Of a stretch of 64,000 nt of DNA, positions 42,096 to 53,457 are shown piece after piece; within the stretch, counting starts at the first letter, position 1, and each line of letters starts with the position of its first letter. Below the pieces are notes generated by a model. It saw only the letters and a list, made by a program, of their open reading frames with translations. It was not told the origin of the DNA and searched no databases. The DNA comes from an uncultured Peptostreptococcus sp. (lineage in GTDB: Bacteria; Bacillota; Clostridia; Peptostreptococcales; Peptostreptococcaceae): assembly GCA_963520775.1 (NCBI GenBank), contig CAUQSL010000007.1, forward strand, positions 3,837 to 67,836, given 5' to 3'. The position numbers and the translations under genes are program-made.

Positions 42096-43204
42096 AGGCC
42101 TTTGCCTCCAAATATACTCAAAAGAGCCCCTAGCAAAATATCATTTGACTCCCTATCCTTTATAGCTATTCTCACAAACCTATCATCCAGAGGTTCAAAA
42201 TTGCTAGCGTCCCTAATCAAAATACCATATTGTCTTACTAATAAATCCTTCAGACTAGCTGAATTATAGCCACTTTCTCTATTAATTTCAAGTAAGATAA
42301 AGGCAGAGTCTGTTTCATATTCCCTTATACCATTTATGCTGTCCAATCTATCAAGCATATACTTTCTTTCTCTTTCATAAAATAATCTCGTATTTTTACC
42401 AAATAAAAATTCATCTTTAACTTCTCTTTTTAATATTTCTAGAGTCACCTTCTCAGCCATTGAATTGACTGTCCAAGGCTCTTTTATCTTGTATAATTCA
42501 TTAATGAATTCTATATTTCTACTAAAAAGATAACCCATCCTAAGACCTGGCATACCATAAAATTTGGTCATGGCTCTTAGGATAAATATGTCATCATAAT
42601 CATAATTTATGGATGTATATAACTTGTAGTTATTACAAAACTCTATGAAGGTTTCATCAACTAATAACTTAATTGACCTTGACCTAGAGTAGTCTACTAG
42701 ACTAGATAAATCTCTTAATCTTCCATCAGGATTATTTGGATTACAAACAACCAGTCCTCCTAAGTTATCTATCATATCTAGTCTTTCAAACACATCAATA
42801 TCAAAGCTTGGTCTCTTATCTTCGCTTCCATCTATAAAATTCATATTTACTAACTCGTAGTCAATACCGGATATTTGACAGGCTCTAGCATACTCAGAAA
42901 AACTCGGCCCTATTATAGCTACACGTCCTTCTATCAACTTCATAAATAAAAATATTAGCTCAGTTGCACCATTACCAACACATATATTTTCTTCACTAAT
43001 ACTACCTATATATGTCCCTATATATGATCTTAAGTCCATATATTCTATGTCTGGATATGATCTAATACAATCTATATTGTCCAATAAAATTTCTCCTATA
43101 CCCTCTGGTATTGCAGGGTTTATATTAGAACTGAAATCTATAATAGTCCTATTCACCTTATATTTTCTTTTTATACTATCTAAATCTGCTCCATGCCCCA
43201 ACAT
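42092..43204 (-). CDS. cobD: L-threonine-O-3-phosphate decarboxylase
   Basis: DFSSNINP, GNGATE, NPNNP, TKFYGMPGLRMGY. Confidence 0.9.
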   Translation of the reverse strand: MLGHGADLDSIKRKYKVNRTIIDFSSNINPAIPEGIGEILLDNIDCIRSYPDIEYMDLRSYIGTYIGSISEENICVGNGATELIFLFMKLIEGRVAIIGPSFSEYARACQISGIDYELVNMNFIDGSEDKRPSFDIDVFERLDMIDNLGGLVVCNPNNPDGRLRDLSSLVDYSRSRSIKLLVDETFIEFCNNYKLYTSINYDYDDIFILRAMTKFYGMPGLRMGYLFSRNIEFINELYKIKEPWTVNSMAEKVTLEILKREVKDEFLFGKNTRLFYERERKYMLDRLDSINGIREYETDSAFILLEINRESGYNSASLKDLLVRQYGILIRDASNFEPLDDRFVRIAIKDRESNDILLGALLSIFGGKGL

Positions 43205-43392
43205 AATACTCCTACCTAAATTACTCTATCTTATTCAAGCCTCTTTTAAAGATACACATCCAATACCTATATATATTACTAGACCACCTATCAGTATCTT
43301 CTTTATATTTATATTGATAGTCCAGCCATCTGTATATTCTGTATATTTACATTGCTAGACCATCTACCAATATCTTCTACCTATTCATATTG

Positions 43393-44427
43393 CTAGGCAA
43401 CCACAAATATGTATATAGTCGATAAAAATAAGAGACCTACTAAACTCGACATATATAATAACCTATTAGCCCTAAGTATATCCTCTTTATCTAGACCCTT
43501 CTTAGCATCTCCTATACTGGGTTTATATACTTCTTGTCCGAAGTATGAGTTAGTACCACCCAGCCTTATCCCGAGTGCTCCTGCTACAGCCCCTTCTGGA
43601 TAGGCACAATTTGGACTAGTATGATTTTTTCTATCCCTCAGACCTATCCTAATAGCCCCCCTATAGTCATAGCCTAAAAGTAGACTTGCTATAGTAAAAA
43701 ATATAAGAGATAGTCTAGCGGGTATATAGTTAAATACATCGTCAAGCCTGGCAGGAAATAAACCTAAGTCCTTATACTGTTCATTTTTATAACCTAACAT
43801 AGAGTCCATAGTATTAACTGCTTTATAGGCAAATGCTAGTGGCAAACCACCCAGCATATAATAAAACATAGGAGCTAGCGTGCCATCTACTGTATTTTCA
43901 GCGATAGTTTCAACAGTCGCCCTAATAATTTCAGCTTCTTCAAGATTTCTAGTATCCCTACCAACTATGTAAGACAAGTGAATCCTAGCCATAAAAATAT
44001 CACCCTTTTCTAAACACATGTAAACCTTCTTTGCCTCATAGGCAAGACACTTTGTTGATAAGCAGGTACACATAGCTACAACCGATACTACCATTCCCAG
44101 ATAGGTATTTAAAATAACCAGACCTGACCATACATAGGCAAGGATGTAGCTAATTCCGACCAACACTAGCCATATAAATAGACCAGATATCTTAAGTCCC
44201 ACTGACCTATATGCTGAGTTGACAGGATTTTTCCCATCTCTACTTATACATAATAGCCTGTCTACTATATATCGAAATTTTCTTTCCAAAATAGAAATCA
44301 AACGCCCCATAAATATAACTGGATGGGGAAACCAATATGGATCTCCTACTAATAGGTCCAAAAGGTAGGCCAATATAAGAATCAAGATTATGTTTGATGA
44401 CCAAAAAATACTATAAGTTTCTAACAT
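43393..44427 (-). CDS. cbiB: Adenosylcobinamide-phosphate synthase
   Basis: GDPYWFPHPV, IVGRDT, NTMDSMLGY, SPNCAYPE. Confidence 0.95.
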   Translation of the reverse strand: MLETYSIFWSSNIILILILAYLLDLLVGDPYWFPHPVIFMGRLISILERKFRYIVDRLLCISRDGKNPVNSAYRSVGLKISGLFIWLVLVGISYILAYVWSGLVILNTYLGMVVSVVAMCTCLSTKCLAYEAKKVYMCLEKGDIFMARIHLSYIVGRDTRNLEEAEIIRATVETIAENTVDGTLAPMFYYMLGGLPLAFAYKAVNTMDSMLGYKNEQYKDLGLFPARLDDVFNYIPARLSLIFFTIASLLLGYDYRGAIRIGLRDRKNHTSPNCAYPEGAVAGALGIRLGGTNSYFGQEVYKPSIGDAKKGLDKEDILRANRLLYMSSLVGLLFLSTIYIFVVA

Positions 44428-44429
44428 GA

Positions 44430-45803
44430 CTAAACCCTACTCAATAGGTCACAAACTAGACTCAAATTGTTATAAAAATGAATATGTAAATAACTAGCTA
44501 ATGTATTTCTTGAGAAGTAACCACCTTCCCACCTATCTATTATTTGATCATCTACAATTTTTTCTATATCAAAGACGCTTTCTAGGTCTGAATGGAAACT
44601 CGAATAATGGAACTCGTGTCCACAGATCTTTTGTCCCTTACTTGCTATTAGGTTGTCTAACCTTGCAGTAGCCTGACAATACCCTACCCTCTTTAGTCTT
44701 TTTTCCATTTGGCTATAACCTTTTATAGCACCAACCATATCATACTTATTACCGTCTATATCTAACAAATAATCGCCTAAATACATTAGACCACCACACT
44801 CTGCATATATAGGTTTATCATTTATATATGCCTCATAAATACTTTTTCTCATGGCCCTATTTGCCTCTAATTCACTTGCAAATACTTCTGGAAAACCTCC
44901 ACCTATATATATAAGATCTACACCTTCAGGTAGACAAGTATCTTTCAAGGGCGAAAAAAATTCTAATTTTACTCCTATATTCTTCAATAATTCTAAATTA
45001 CTATCATAATAAAAATTAAAGGCCTTATCATAGGCAACTGCCATTTTTTTGCCCCTAGCCAAATCTAGCACATCTGGATCTTCAATAAACATACTTAGTT
45101 GGAAATTCGAATTGACAGTCTCACTCTCTGATAGTTCAATAATCCTATCTATATCAATATATTCTTCAACTAGCTGACCTAGTTTTTCTATCTTTTTGTC
45201 TAGACTTTCCATTTCCAAACTTGGAATTAGGCCTAATTGCCTTGACCCTAGGCTTATTTCATCTAAAGGTGGCAGATAGCCTAGAACTTCTAAAGAACAA
45301 TATTTTTCAATAGATTCTTTCACTATATCAAAATGTCTCTTTGTTCTCACATTATTGGCTATTACACCTACTATTTCTACATCTTTGTCCAACTTTTTAT
45401 AACCTAAAACCATAGCTGCTACAGATGCACCCATAGCTCTTGCATCTACTACCAATATAACCGGGGCTTTTAAGAGCTTTGCTAATTTTGATGTGGAATG
45501 TTTATTGATGTCAGTCCCTAGACCATCATATAGACCCATAACTCCTTCTATAATTGATATGTCACAAGTTTTGGCAGCCTCCTTATACACATACTTGACC
45601 TGCTCATCATCTAACATATAGGAATCTAGGTTTCTTGACGACCTAGATGTAACATATTCATGATAACTAGGATCTATATAGTCTGGTCCAACCTTAAAGG
45701 ATTGAACTGCTTTTCCCCTATCTACCAGCGTCTTCATTATCCCAAGACTAATCGTGGTTTTGCCAACCCCACTTCCTGTTCCTGCAATTATAATCTTCTT
45801 CAT
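44430..45803 (-). CDS. cbiA: Cobyrinate a,c-diamide synthase
   Basis: SGVGKTT, FKVGPDYID, EGVMGLYDG, AECGG. Confidence 0.95.
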   Translation of the reverse strand: MKKIIIAGTGSGVGKTTISLGIMKTLVDRGKAVQSFKVGPDYIDPSYHEYVTSRSSRNLDSYMLDDEQVKYVYKEAAKTCDISIIEGVMGLYDGLGTDINKHSTSKLAKLLKAPVILVVDARAMGASVAAMVLGYKKLDKDVEIVGVIANNVRTKRHFDIVKESIEKYCSLEVLGYLPPLDEISLGSRQLGLIPSLEMESLDKKIEKLGQLVEEYIDIDRIIELSESETVNSNFQLSMFIEDPDVLDLARGKKMAVAYDKAFNFYYDSNLELLKNIGVKLEFFSPLKDTCLPEGVDLIYIGGGFPEVFASELEANRAMRKSIYEAYINDKPIYAECGGLMYLGDYLLDIDGNKYDMVGAIKGYSQMEKRLKRVGYCQATARLDNLIASKGQKICGHEFHYSSFHSDLESVFDIEKIVDDQIIDRWEGGYFSRNTLASYLHIHFYNNLSLVCDLLSRV

Positions 45804-45943
45804 ATATACCTTCAATCTATACCTAAATTTACACTATTTCATAATAAGTTTTTTATTCGAATACTAACTTATCTAATCAAACTTTTTAAATTCTTCTCAC
45901 ATTTGAACTTGTATTATTCTTATATCTAGCCTAAGATTTCTAT

Positions 45944-46095
45944 TATACCTCGTCTGAGTTTTCTAGTTTGTTAATATACCTCATCTAAATTTTCTAGCTC
46001 TTTAATATACCTCGTCTGAGTTTTCTAGTTCTTTAATATGCCTCACCTAAATTTTCTAGTTCGTTATTATACCTTATCTAAGTTTTCTAAGTTTT
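45944..46095. repeat. Five tandem 31-bp repeats between cbiP and cbiA
   Basis: TATACCTCRTCTRARTTTTCTAG-like units at 45944, 45975, 46006, 46037, 46068. Confidence 0.88.
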
Positions 46096-46111
46096 TTATT
46101 ATGTCTATATT

Positions 46112-47617
46112 TTAAAGGTCTATTTCTATCCCAAATATTATCTGATATACTTTTTTCATATCTATATTGTTTCTTATCAAGTCTGCCAACTTATTATATT
46201 CGTTTTCTTTGATAGCCTTGTAATTTTCAACCTTAAAAGTCCTGGCTAGTCCTTTTTTTTCAGCAATATTATTTAATAGTCCAGATAGGAAGTCAGTAGA
46301 ATCAAATATACCATGACAATACGTTCCCATAATATGACCCTTACTAATCACATAATTATCATCGGGTCTAGGGTAGGTCCTTCCTAAATGAGTTTCATAT
46401 CCTTCTATCTTGCTGTTTAACAGGCCTGAGAAATAGCCCTCTTCATTACCAAAAGTCCAATTCACCTGTGAAGTTTTCTTTTCCTTTTCAAAAATAGTAA
46501 AAACATCTAATATGCCAAGACCTTTAACATATCCCTGTCTGCCATCTAATGCCTGTTCATCACTAATATACTTGCCTAACATCTGGTAACCACCACATAA
46601 GCCAATAATTAAACCACCCCTATTTACATAATCTAATATCTTGTCTTTCATAGGAGAATTATTAAGCGCCTGCATATCTCCGACTGTATTTTTAGAACCC
46701 GGTATAATTAACATATCTGGACCTAAAAGCTTACCTTCCTTGAATATTTCCAAGTCTTGGTCAAGTCCAATATATGATACTTCTACACCACCAATGTGGG
46801 CAAATACATTAAAGTCTGTATAATTCGACATATGGTCTAACTTAAGAACAAAAATGTTTAACCTATCTGACTTGTAACTTGGACTAGGTCTAGTATAGGT
46901 TTGTTCACTAACCCCATCTTCTTCATCAATACCTAATTTTTGGTAGGGAACTACACCCAAAACTGGTATTTTAGTGATCTCTTCCAGCAGTTTCACGCCC
47001 TCTTGAAAACTTTCTTTATTACCCCTAAATTTATTGATTATAAGTCCCTTAACTCTCTCTTTATAATTTGGTGATAAGAGGCTAAGTGTACCCACTATGG
47101 AGGCAAATACTCCACCCCTATCTATATCAGCAACTAAGACTACTGGTGCATCAGCGATTCTAGCCATTTCCATATTTGATATATCCAACTTATTTATATT
47201 AATTTCTACAGGACTTCCTGCACCTTCCAAGACTACTATTTCATAATCTTTTTGGTATCTCCTATATACTTCACCAAGCCAAATCATAAGATCCTCTTTC
47301 ATATCCTGATAATCACTTGAAGATATATTCTTTACAAATTTTCCCTTCATTACTAGCTGGGACATATTGTTACCTGATGGCTTTAATAGGATTGGGTTCA
47401 TATATGCTCTAGGTTCTATATTGCAGGCTTCAGCCTGAAATACTTGAGCCCTTCCCATTTCTCCACCATACTTATCAATATATGAATTAAGAGACATATT
47501 TTGAGACTTAAAGGGCCCTACCCTATATCCATCCTGCCATAAGACCCTACAAATACCAGCAGAAATTATACTTTTTCCAACATTAGATGCTGTTCCTTGA
47601 AACATTATATTATTCAT
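46112..47617 (-). CDS. cbiP: Cobyric acid synthase
   Basis: QGTASNVGKS, PFKSQNMS, EGAGSP, DIDRGGVFA, CGGYQMLG. Confidence 0.96.
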   Translation of the reverse strand: MNNIMFQGTASNVGKSIISAGICRVLWQDGYRVGPFKSQNMSLNSYIDKYGGEMGRAQVFQAEACNIEPRAYMNPILLKPSGNNMSQLVMKGKFVKNISSSDYQDMKEDLMIWLGEVYRRYQKDYEIVVLEGAGSPVEININKLDISNMEMARIADAPVVLVADIDRGGVFASIVGTLSLLSPNYKERVKGLIINKFRGNKESFQEGVKLLEEITKIPVLGVVPYQKLGIDEEDGVSEQTYTRPSPSYKSDRLNIFVLKLDHMSNYTDFNVFAHIGGVEVSYIGLDQDLEIFKEGKLLGPDMLIIPGSKNTVGDMQALNNSPMKDKILDYVNRGGLIIGLCGGYQMLGKYISDEQALDGRQGYVKGLGILDVFTIFEKEKKTSQVNWTFGNEEGYFSGLLNSKIEGYETHLGRTYPRPDDNYVISKGHIMGTYCHGIFDSTDFLSGLLNNIAEKKGLARTFKVENYKAIKENEYNKLADLIRNNIDMKKVYQIIFGIEIDL

Positions 47618-47647
47618 ATCTACACCACCTACTTACACTTAGACCTC

Positions 47648-48286
47648 TTAAGACCTATATGGGTCTCTTATCAAATCTTCACTATATGGTATAAATCCCA
47701 TCAACTCTACTATAGGAAAACCACTTGACATATCCAAAACAGTTATACTGGCATTTTGAAATCTAAAATTCCAATGAATGTCAGGAGATTTTATTAATAG
47801 GTGGGATATGATATTCCTAATCGTGCCCATATGAGAACAAATCAATATATTTTTATCATTTCCATTATTATCATCTATCAAATTTTTCAGTTCCCTAATA
47901 TTTCTCTTATACATATCGTCTAGGCTTTCACCTTCTGGAAACCTATAATCCTTATTTGAAGTCATCATTTCCTCAGTTTCTTTAGGATATTTTTCTTTAA
48001 TCTCCTCGTAATTAAGACCATCAAAAAGCCCAAAATTTATTTCCCTAAAGCCCTCCCTCTGATGGATTTTTAGTCCCTTGTAATTAGCATAGGCCCCTAT
48101 GGTATCAAGAGTCCTCTTTAGGGTGGATGTATAAATTTCATCTACATCATATTTTTTTAGATAGTCGCACAGGCCTTGAGCCTGGGCCTTGCCTATTTGG
48201 CTGAGTTCACAGTCGCTAAAGCCTGAAAAGCTCTTATGTTCATTATCAATAGTTAAGCCATGCCTTACTAGGATCAATTTATTCAT
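47648..48286 (-). CDS. cobC: Alpha-ribazole phosphatase (histidine phosphatase family)
   Basis: LVRHG, REINFG, SHMG; cob context. Confidence 0.85.
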   Translation of the reverse strand: MNKLILVRHGLTIDNEHKSFSGFSDCELSQIGKAQAQGLCDYLKKYDVDEIYTSTLKRTLDTIGAYANYKGLKIHQREGFREINFGLFDGLNYEEIKEKYPKETEEMMTSNKDYRFPEGESLDDMYKRNIRELKNLIDDNNGNDKNILICSHMGTIRNIISHLLIKSPDIHWNFRFQNASITVLDMSSGFPIVELMGFIPYSEDLIRDPYRS

Positions 48287-48287
48287 T

Positions 48288-49061
48288 CTACCACCTCATT
48301 AACACTAAAATATATATTAAAAAAAATACTTCACTTGCCTCTATTCCACACCCTAATATATCACCTGTTATACCTTCTATTTTCTTGTAACTAAAATTAA
48401 TCAGTAGTCTTTCTAGGATGAAAACTATCGGTATAGAACAAAATAAAAATAATAAACTTTCTATACCAAAACCTATATATAAGTGAAGACCGATTGACCA
48501 AATTATGGTAAAAACTATGCCTATTATTAAAGCTACACCACTACACTTACCTATAAACATATTTCCCATACCGTTTTCTCTAGCTGGTATAGTTTTGTAT
48601 GTCATAAATACTGCTCCCAACCTAGATATGATGGGCATAAAACCTATATACCAAACCATATTGTAGTCTATAAGTATGGCCATAACCACTATTTTAAGTA
48701 GAATTAAAGACATTATAGCCAGTAGACCATTAGTACCTAACCTGGGATCTTTCATTATATCTAAAATTCTATCTTTTGATCTATAGGAAAAAAGTCCATC
48801 AAAACTATCTCCAAATCCATCCATATGTAGGCCCCCTGTCACCACCAATTCTAAAACTACAATTAGTATAGACTGGAGATAGCTATTGCCTACACCTAAA
48901 AAGATCCAAGAAAAAAACAAGTTTCCACACATCAAAACTAAACCAATTATCGCCCCTACCATAGGAAAATATACAATTCCTTTATCTATGTTCGGATCAT
49001 AAGGAATATCCTTTTTTATGCTTATCCTAGTCAAAAACTGGATTATGTTTATAAACCTCAT
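48288..49061 (-). CDS. cobS: Cobalamin synthase
   Basis: TGGLHMDGFGD, IMKDPRLG, GITGDILG; likely start MRFINI. Confidence 0.94.
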   Translation of the reverse strand: MRFINIIQFLTRISIKKDIPYDPNIDKGIVYFPMVGAIIGLVLMCGNLFFSWIFLGVGNSYLQSILIVVLELVVTGGLHMDGFGDSFDGLFSYRSKDRILDIMKDPRLGTNGLLAIMSLILLKIVVMAILIDYNMVWYIGFMPIISRLGAVFMTYKTIPARENGMGNMFIGKCSGVALIIGIVFTIIWSIGLHLYIGFGIESLLFLFCSIPIVFILERLLINFSYKKIEGITGDILGCGIEASEVFFLIYILVLMRW

Positions 49062-49195
49062 AGTAGGTTCCCTCCTCTTAAACCATGATACACTAGTAAA
49101 ATTCATCTATTCAATCCTATTTTACAAGAATCATAATTTTTTATACTTAAAATCCTGGCTACTTATGTTTCAATCTTGACCTTTTATATGATGCC

Positions 49196-50023
49196 CTACT
49201 TTACTTTGATAGGCTGGCCAGATACGATGAAATACATTTCTTGACTCCTGTTAGCTATATATCTATTGAGCTTTGATGCTAGATATGTAAAATATCTAGA
49301 TAAACCCCTGTCACCTATTATACCCATTCCCAACTCATTAGTTACAAAGACTAGGTCTAAGTCCTGGTCTACTACTAGGTCCAACAATATGTCAATATGT
49401 TTAAAAACTAAACTCTCTTTTTCATCTCTTAGTTTTTTGTCACTAGCATCAAAGTCCATATCAGACTCAAAGATAATATTTGTCACCATCATAGTAAGAC
49501 AGTCAAATAATATTACCTTATAGCCCTTATCTAATATTGACTTTTCCTTAAAATGTATATCGAAATCCTTATAAACCTCTAGGGTATCCCAAGCATAGGC
49601 TTGTCTTCTTTCAATGTGCCTATTCTTTTTTTCTTCCATTTCTTCGTCAAGTATCCTAGCTGTAGCAATATAAAGGGTCCTACTTGTTTCTATCCCCTTT
49701 AATCCTATAATATCTTCAAACCCCGTATTATCTTCATATATCTTACTAACTTCGTCTATCTTGCTATCTCCGTCTATATTACTAGCTTCGTCTATCTTGC
49801 TATCTCCGTCTATATTACTAGCTTCGTCTATCTTGCTAGCTTTATCTTTCTTGCTAGCTTCATATATATTACTAGCTTTGTCTATCTTGCTAGCTTCCTC
49901 TATCCTAGTATTTTCTATACTAAAAGGACTTAATTTTTCCCTACACTTTCTTAGGCAAAGTTCTTCTGCAAACTTGCTCTTACCTGAATTAGCCCCACCT
50001 GTTACCAATATTATCCTTGCCAT
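49196..50023 (-). CDS. cobU: Adenosylcobinamide kinase/guanylyltransferase with a repeat insertion
   Basis: TGGANSGKS, YIATA, FDCLT, VTNELGMG. Confidence 0.92.
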   Translation of the reverse strand: MARIILVTGGANSGKSKFAEELCLRKCREKLSPFSIENTRIEEASKIDKASNIYEASKKDKASKIDEASNIDGDSKIDEASNIDGDSKIDEVSKIYEDNTGFEDIIGLKGIETSRTLYIATARILDEEMEEKKNRHIERRQAYAWDTLEVYKDFDIHFKEKSILDKGYKVILFDCLTMMVTNIIFESDMDFDASDKKLRDEKESLVFKHIDILLDLVVDQDLDLVFVTNELGMGIIGDRGLSRYFTYLASKLNRYIANRSQEMYFIVSGQPIKVK

Positions 50024-50029
50024 AAATAC

Positions 50030-51112
50030 CTACTTGCCCTTATCAGTCTCATTTGACTTCAAAAAGTTTCCTATGGCCTCTTGACTGAATTTAGCCATAT
50101 TATTATAGGCATATAAGGCTGAATCAATTATTGGCATAGCTAATGCAGCTCCAGTGCCTTCTCCAAGACACATATTCAGGTCCAATATAGGCTCCATTTT
50201 TAGAATATCCATTGCTAGGCTAGACCCCTTATGTGCTGATAAGTGGGATGGTATTAGGTAGTCTAAACACTTTGGGTTTATCCTATTTGCTATAAGAACA
50301 GCCGCATATGATATAAAACCATCAATTACAACAGGTATTCTATTGGCTGCACAACCTAATATAACTCCTACCATACCCCCTATTTCAAATCCACCTACCT
50401 TGGCCAGTACCTCTATGCCATCTGTAGGGTTTGGATTATTTACCTCTATAGCCTTTCTTATTACATCAGCCTTATGCTTGGTTTGCCTATTTATTTCACC
50501 TTCTTGTAAAGAAAGTATTTCCATCGGGTCTTTACCTGACATCACTGATAAAATAGCAGTAGAAGGCGTTGTGTTACCTATGCCCATTTCTCCTATACCT
50601 ATTATCTTATAATCGTCTACTATACATCTCTCTGCAACTTCTATACCAATTTCAATAGATTTCACTGCGTCATCAAGACTCATGGCTGGTCCCTGAGTAA
50701 AATTATCAGTTCCCTCTTTTATCTTATAATTAAGGACACCCACGATAGATTCTCTGCCCTTCATGCCTATATCAACTGCGAATACATCTATATTATTGGC
50801 TCTAGCTAAAGTTGCAACTCCACATTTCCCATTAACAAAATTCTCAAACTGTAATCTTGTTATATCCTGTGGATATGCTGATATACCTTCTTCATAGACT
50901 CCATGGTCACCAGCAAAAGATATTATACACTTTTTTGGCCTATCCTCAATTATATGAGACCCATAAACACCTGCCATCATACAAGATATATCTTCCAACT
51001 TACCTAAAGACTTGGGCGGATGAATCAAATCTTCCCACCTAGCCCTAGCCTTATCTATACTCTTCTTATCTAGTGGATATATATTACTAGATATACTAAC
51101 CAAAAGATTCAT
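50030..51112 (-). CDS. cobT: Nicotinate-nucleotide:DMB phosphoribosyltransferase
   Basis: SLGKLE, AGDHG, GEMGIGNTT, LGEGTGA. Confidence 0.95.
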   Translation of the reverse strand: MNLLVSISSNIYPLDKKSIDKARARWEDLIHPPKSLGKLEDISCMMAGVYGSHIIEDRPKKCIISFAGDHGVYEEGISAYPQDITRLQFENFVNGKCGVATLARANNIDVFAVDIGMKGRESIVGVLNYKIKEGTDNFTQGPAMSLDDAVKSIEIGIEVAERCIVDDYKIIGIGEMGIGNTTPSTAILSVMSGKDPMEILSLQEGEINRQTKHKADVIRKAIEVNNPNPTDGIEVLAKVGGFEIGGMVGVILGCAANRIPVVIDGFISYAAVLIANRINPKCLDYLIPSHLSAHKGSSLAMDILKMEPILDLNMCLGEGTGAALAMPIIDSALYAYNNMAKFSQEAIGNFLKSNETDKGK

Positions 51113-51224
51113 AACTTCCTCCAAAAATGCTTGTACTTCTTTTATAAATATTTTCTTTAAATTGACCTAAGTTAAACCTAAAAGCTTATACTTGATAAAA
51201 ATCAACCTAAAAATTTTACACCTA

Positions 51225-52376
51225 CTATTTGCCTATCTTTTCATTAAGATATTCAACTGCCTTTGCTAATTGTTGCTTCCTATCCTTGACCTCAATAGTA
51301 GGCTTAATACCCTTCTTATCAATAAAGTTGCCACTTGGTGTAAAGTACTGGGCAGTTGTAAGCTTATAACCACTACCATCTCCCAACTGTAACATTCCCT
51401 GAACTAACCCCTTACCATAAGTAGTTTCTCCTATTGATATTCCGGCCTTATTGTCAAGTATGGCCCCTGTCAATATTTCCGATGCGGATGCTGAATTTCC
51501 ATTTGTAAGAACTACTATAGGCTTGTCTACTTTTTCCTTGTCGCTACTTTTTAGGTATTGCTTATGTCCCTGTCTGTCCTTTGTATATACAATGACTGCC
51601 TTGCCTAATATCCTATCACAAATATCTTCTACAACAGTCAAAAGTCCACCGCCATCATCCCTCACATCAAGTATCAAGGCTCTCATTCCCTGACCCTCTA
51701 GTTTCGTTAAGGCAGCCCTAAAATCCTTGGCTGTATCTTCTTCAAAACTTTTTATATTAATATATCCTATCTTGTTTTCTAACATTTTACTCTCTAAAGA
51801 TACAATCTTTATTTCTTTTCTAGTTATTGTCTTATCAAGTTTTTTTCCATCTCTTAAAAATGTGATTTTTACGCTAGTATTTTCATGACCCCTTATATTC
51901 TTTACTGCTAGATCCATTTCCCTATAAGAATATTTTTTGCCATTTACAGCCACTACAAGATCACCCTTTTTAACACCAGAACCCTTAGCAGGACTATTGT
52001 CCATAACAGACTCAACTCTTATATATCCACTGGCCTTGTCAGCACCAACCACAAATCCGATTCCTACATACTTGCCAGTAGCAACTTCTAATAGCTGTTT
52101 CATCTCATCTGCCGTATAGTAGGCCGAATACACATCGTCAAGGCCACTAAAAAGTCCCTTATATGTAGCATCTTCTAACTTTTTATCATCAGGTTTCTTA
52201 TAAAACTCTTTCTTTATAGAATTTTCAAGTGTCTTATACTTGGCATAACTCTTATATTCTTCTGATGGCACTAGGGTTAAGAATCCTAACTTTACCATAG
52301 AAAAACTAGTGACTATAGCAGTCACAAGAACTACTAAAGTAGTCTTAAAAAATTTCTTACCTATGTCCTTTTGCAT
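51225..52376 (-). CDS. S41 C-terminal processing protease (CtpA-like)
   Basis: PDZ domain, SASASE, TYGKGLVQ, YFTPSG. Confidence 0.92.
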   Translation of the reverse strand: MQKDIGKKFFKTTLVVLVTAIVTSFSMVKLGFLTLVPSEEYKSYAKYKTLENSIKKEFYKKPDDKKLEDATYKGLFSGLDDVYSAYYTADEMKQLLEVATGKYVGIGFVVGADKASGYIRVESVMDNSPAKGSGVKKGDLVVAVNGKKYSYREMDLAVKNIRGHENTSVKITFLRDGKKLDKTITRKEIKIVSLESKMLENKIGYINIKSFEEDTAKDFRAALTKLEGQGMRALILDVRDDGGGLLTVVEDICDRILGKAVIVYTKDRQGHKQYLKSSDKEKVDKPIVVLTNGNSASASEILTGAILDNKAGISIGETTYGKGLVQGMLQLGDGSGYKLTTAQYFTPSGNFIDKKGIKPTIEVKDRKQQLAKAVEYLNEKIGK

Positions 52377-52513
52377 AAATTTACCTCTCCTCTACCATAA
52401 GAATATCTATCCTATTTTTGTCTATTATTCCGTATTTTTAAACCATATATACTATCATTTAATTTGTAACTAAGTCCTCTACGCTTAATCCTATTTAGAC
52501 ATTTAATCTGTTA

Positions 52514-53449
52514 CTAGACCTTGTCTAGAATATTTATAGCTTCATTAACTATTCTCTCACTAGTCAAACCGAAGTGCCTATATAGGTCATTGGACCTTCC
52601 AGACATACCAAAACTATCATTAACACCTATTATTTTCATTTTAACTGGGCATTTTTCTACTATAACTTCTGCTACCGATGAACCTAATCCCCCAAAAATA
52701 CTGTGGTCCTCCACAGTTATTATTCCTCTAGTTTGCCTAGCAGAAGATACAATTAAATCAACATCTATTGGCTTTATAGTCGACATATTGACTACTCTAG
52801 CGCTTATACCCGTTTCCTCAAGTTGTACGGCTGCATCTAGGGCCTTTTTAACCATGGGTCCACAAGCTAGTATACTTATATCTCTTCCTTCTCTTAAGAC
52901 CCTGCCCTTTCCTAGTTCAAATATATAATTTTCATCATTTATATCTTCCGTATCATCTCTTACCAACCTCATATAAGTTGGACCCTTATCATTGGCCATA
53001 AATTTAGTCATACTAGCTGCCTCTATTGCATCTGCTGGTACCAAGACCTTCATATTGGGAAGAACCCTCATGCTAGCTATATCTTCAAGACTTTGGTGGG
53101 TTGCCCCATCAGGACCTGTCATAAGCCCCGCATGACTTGCACATAACTTAACATTTAAGTTTCCTATACATACAGTATTTCTAATAACCTCATAGGCTCT
53201 TCCAGTTTCAAAAACTGCAAAGGAACTAGCAAAAACTGTCTTGCCTGTTGATGCCAAACCCGCTGATACACCTAACAAATTCTGCTCAGCTATACCAACA
53301 TCTACAAACCTTGATGGGAAAGCTGTTTTGAAATACTCTGTTTTCGTAGATTTTGATAGGTCTGCATCAACAACTATTATATTCTCACTCTTATCACCTA
53401 TATCCACAAGGGCCCTACCAAAGGCTTCTCTCATTGAACTACTACTCAT
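52514..53449 (-). CDS. Transketolase, C-terminal subunit
   Basis: GIAEQN, GPDGATHQ, TVEDH. Confidence 0.92.
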   Translation of the reverse strand: MSSSSMREAFGRALVDIGDKSENIIVVDADLSKSTKTEYFKTAFPSRFVDVGIAEQNLLGVSAGLASTGKTVFASSFAVFETGRAYEVIRNTVCIGNLNVKLCASHAGLMTGPDGATHQSLEDIASMRVLPNMKVLVPADAIEAASMTKFMANDKGPTYMRLVRDDTEDINDENYIFELGKGRVLREGRDISILACGPMVKKALDAAVQLEETGISARVVNMSTIKPIDVDLIVSSARQTRGIITVEDHSIFGGLGSSVAEVIVEKCPVKMKIIGVNDSFGMSGRSNDLYRHFGLTSERIVNEAINILDKV

Positions 53450-53457
53450 AAAATCTC

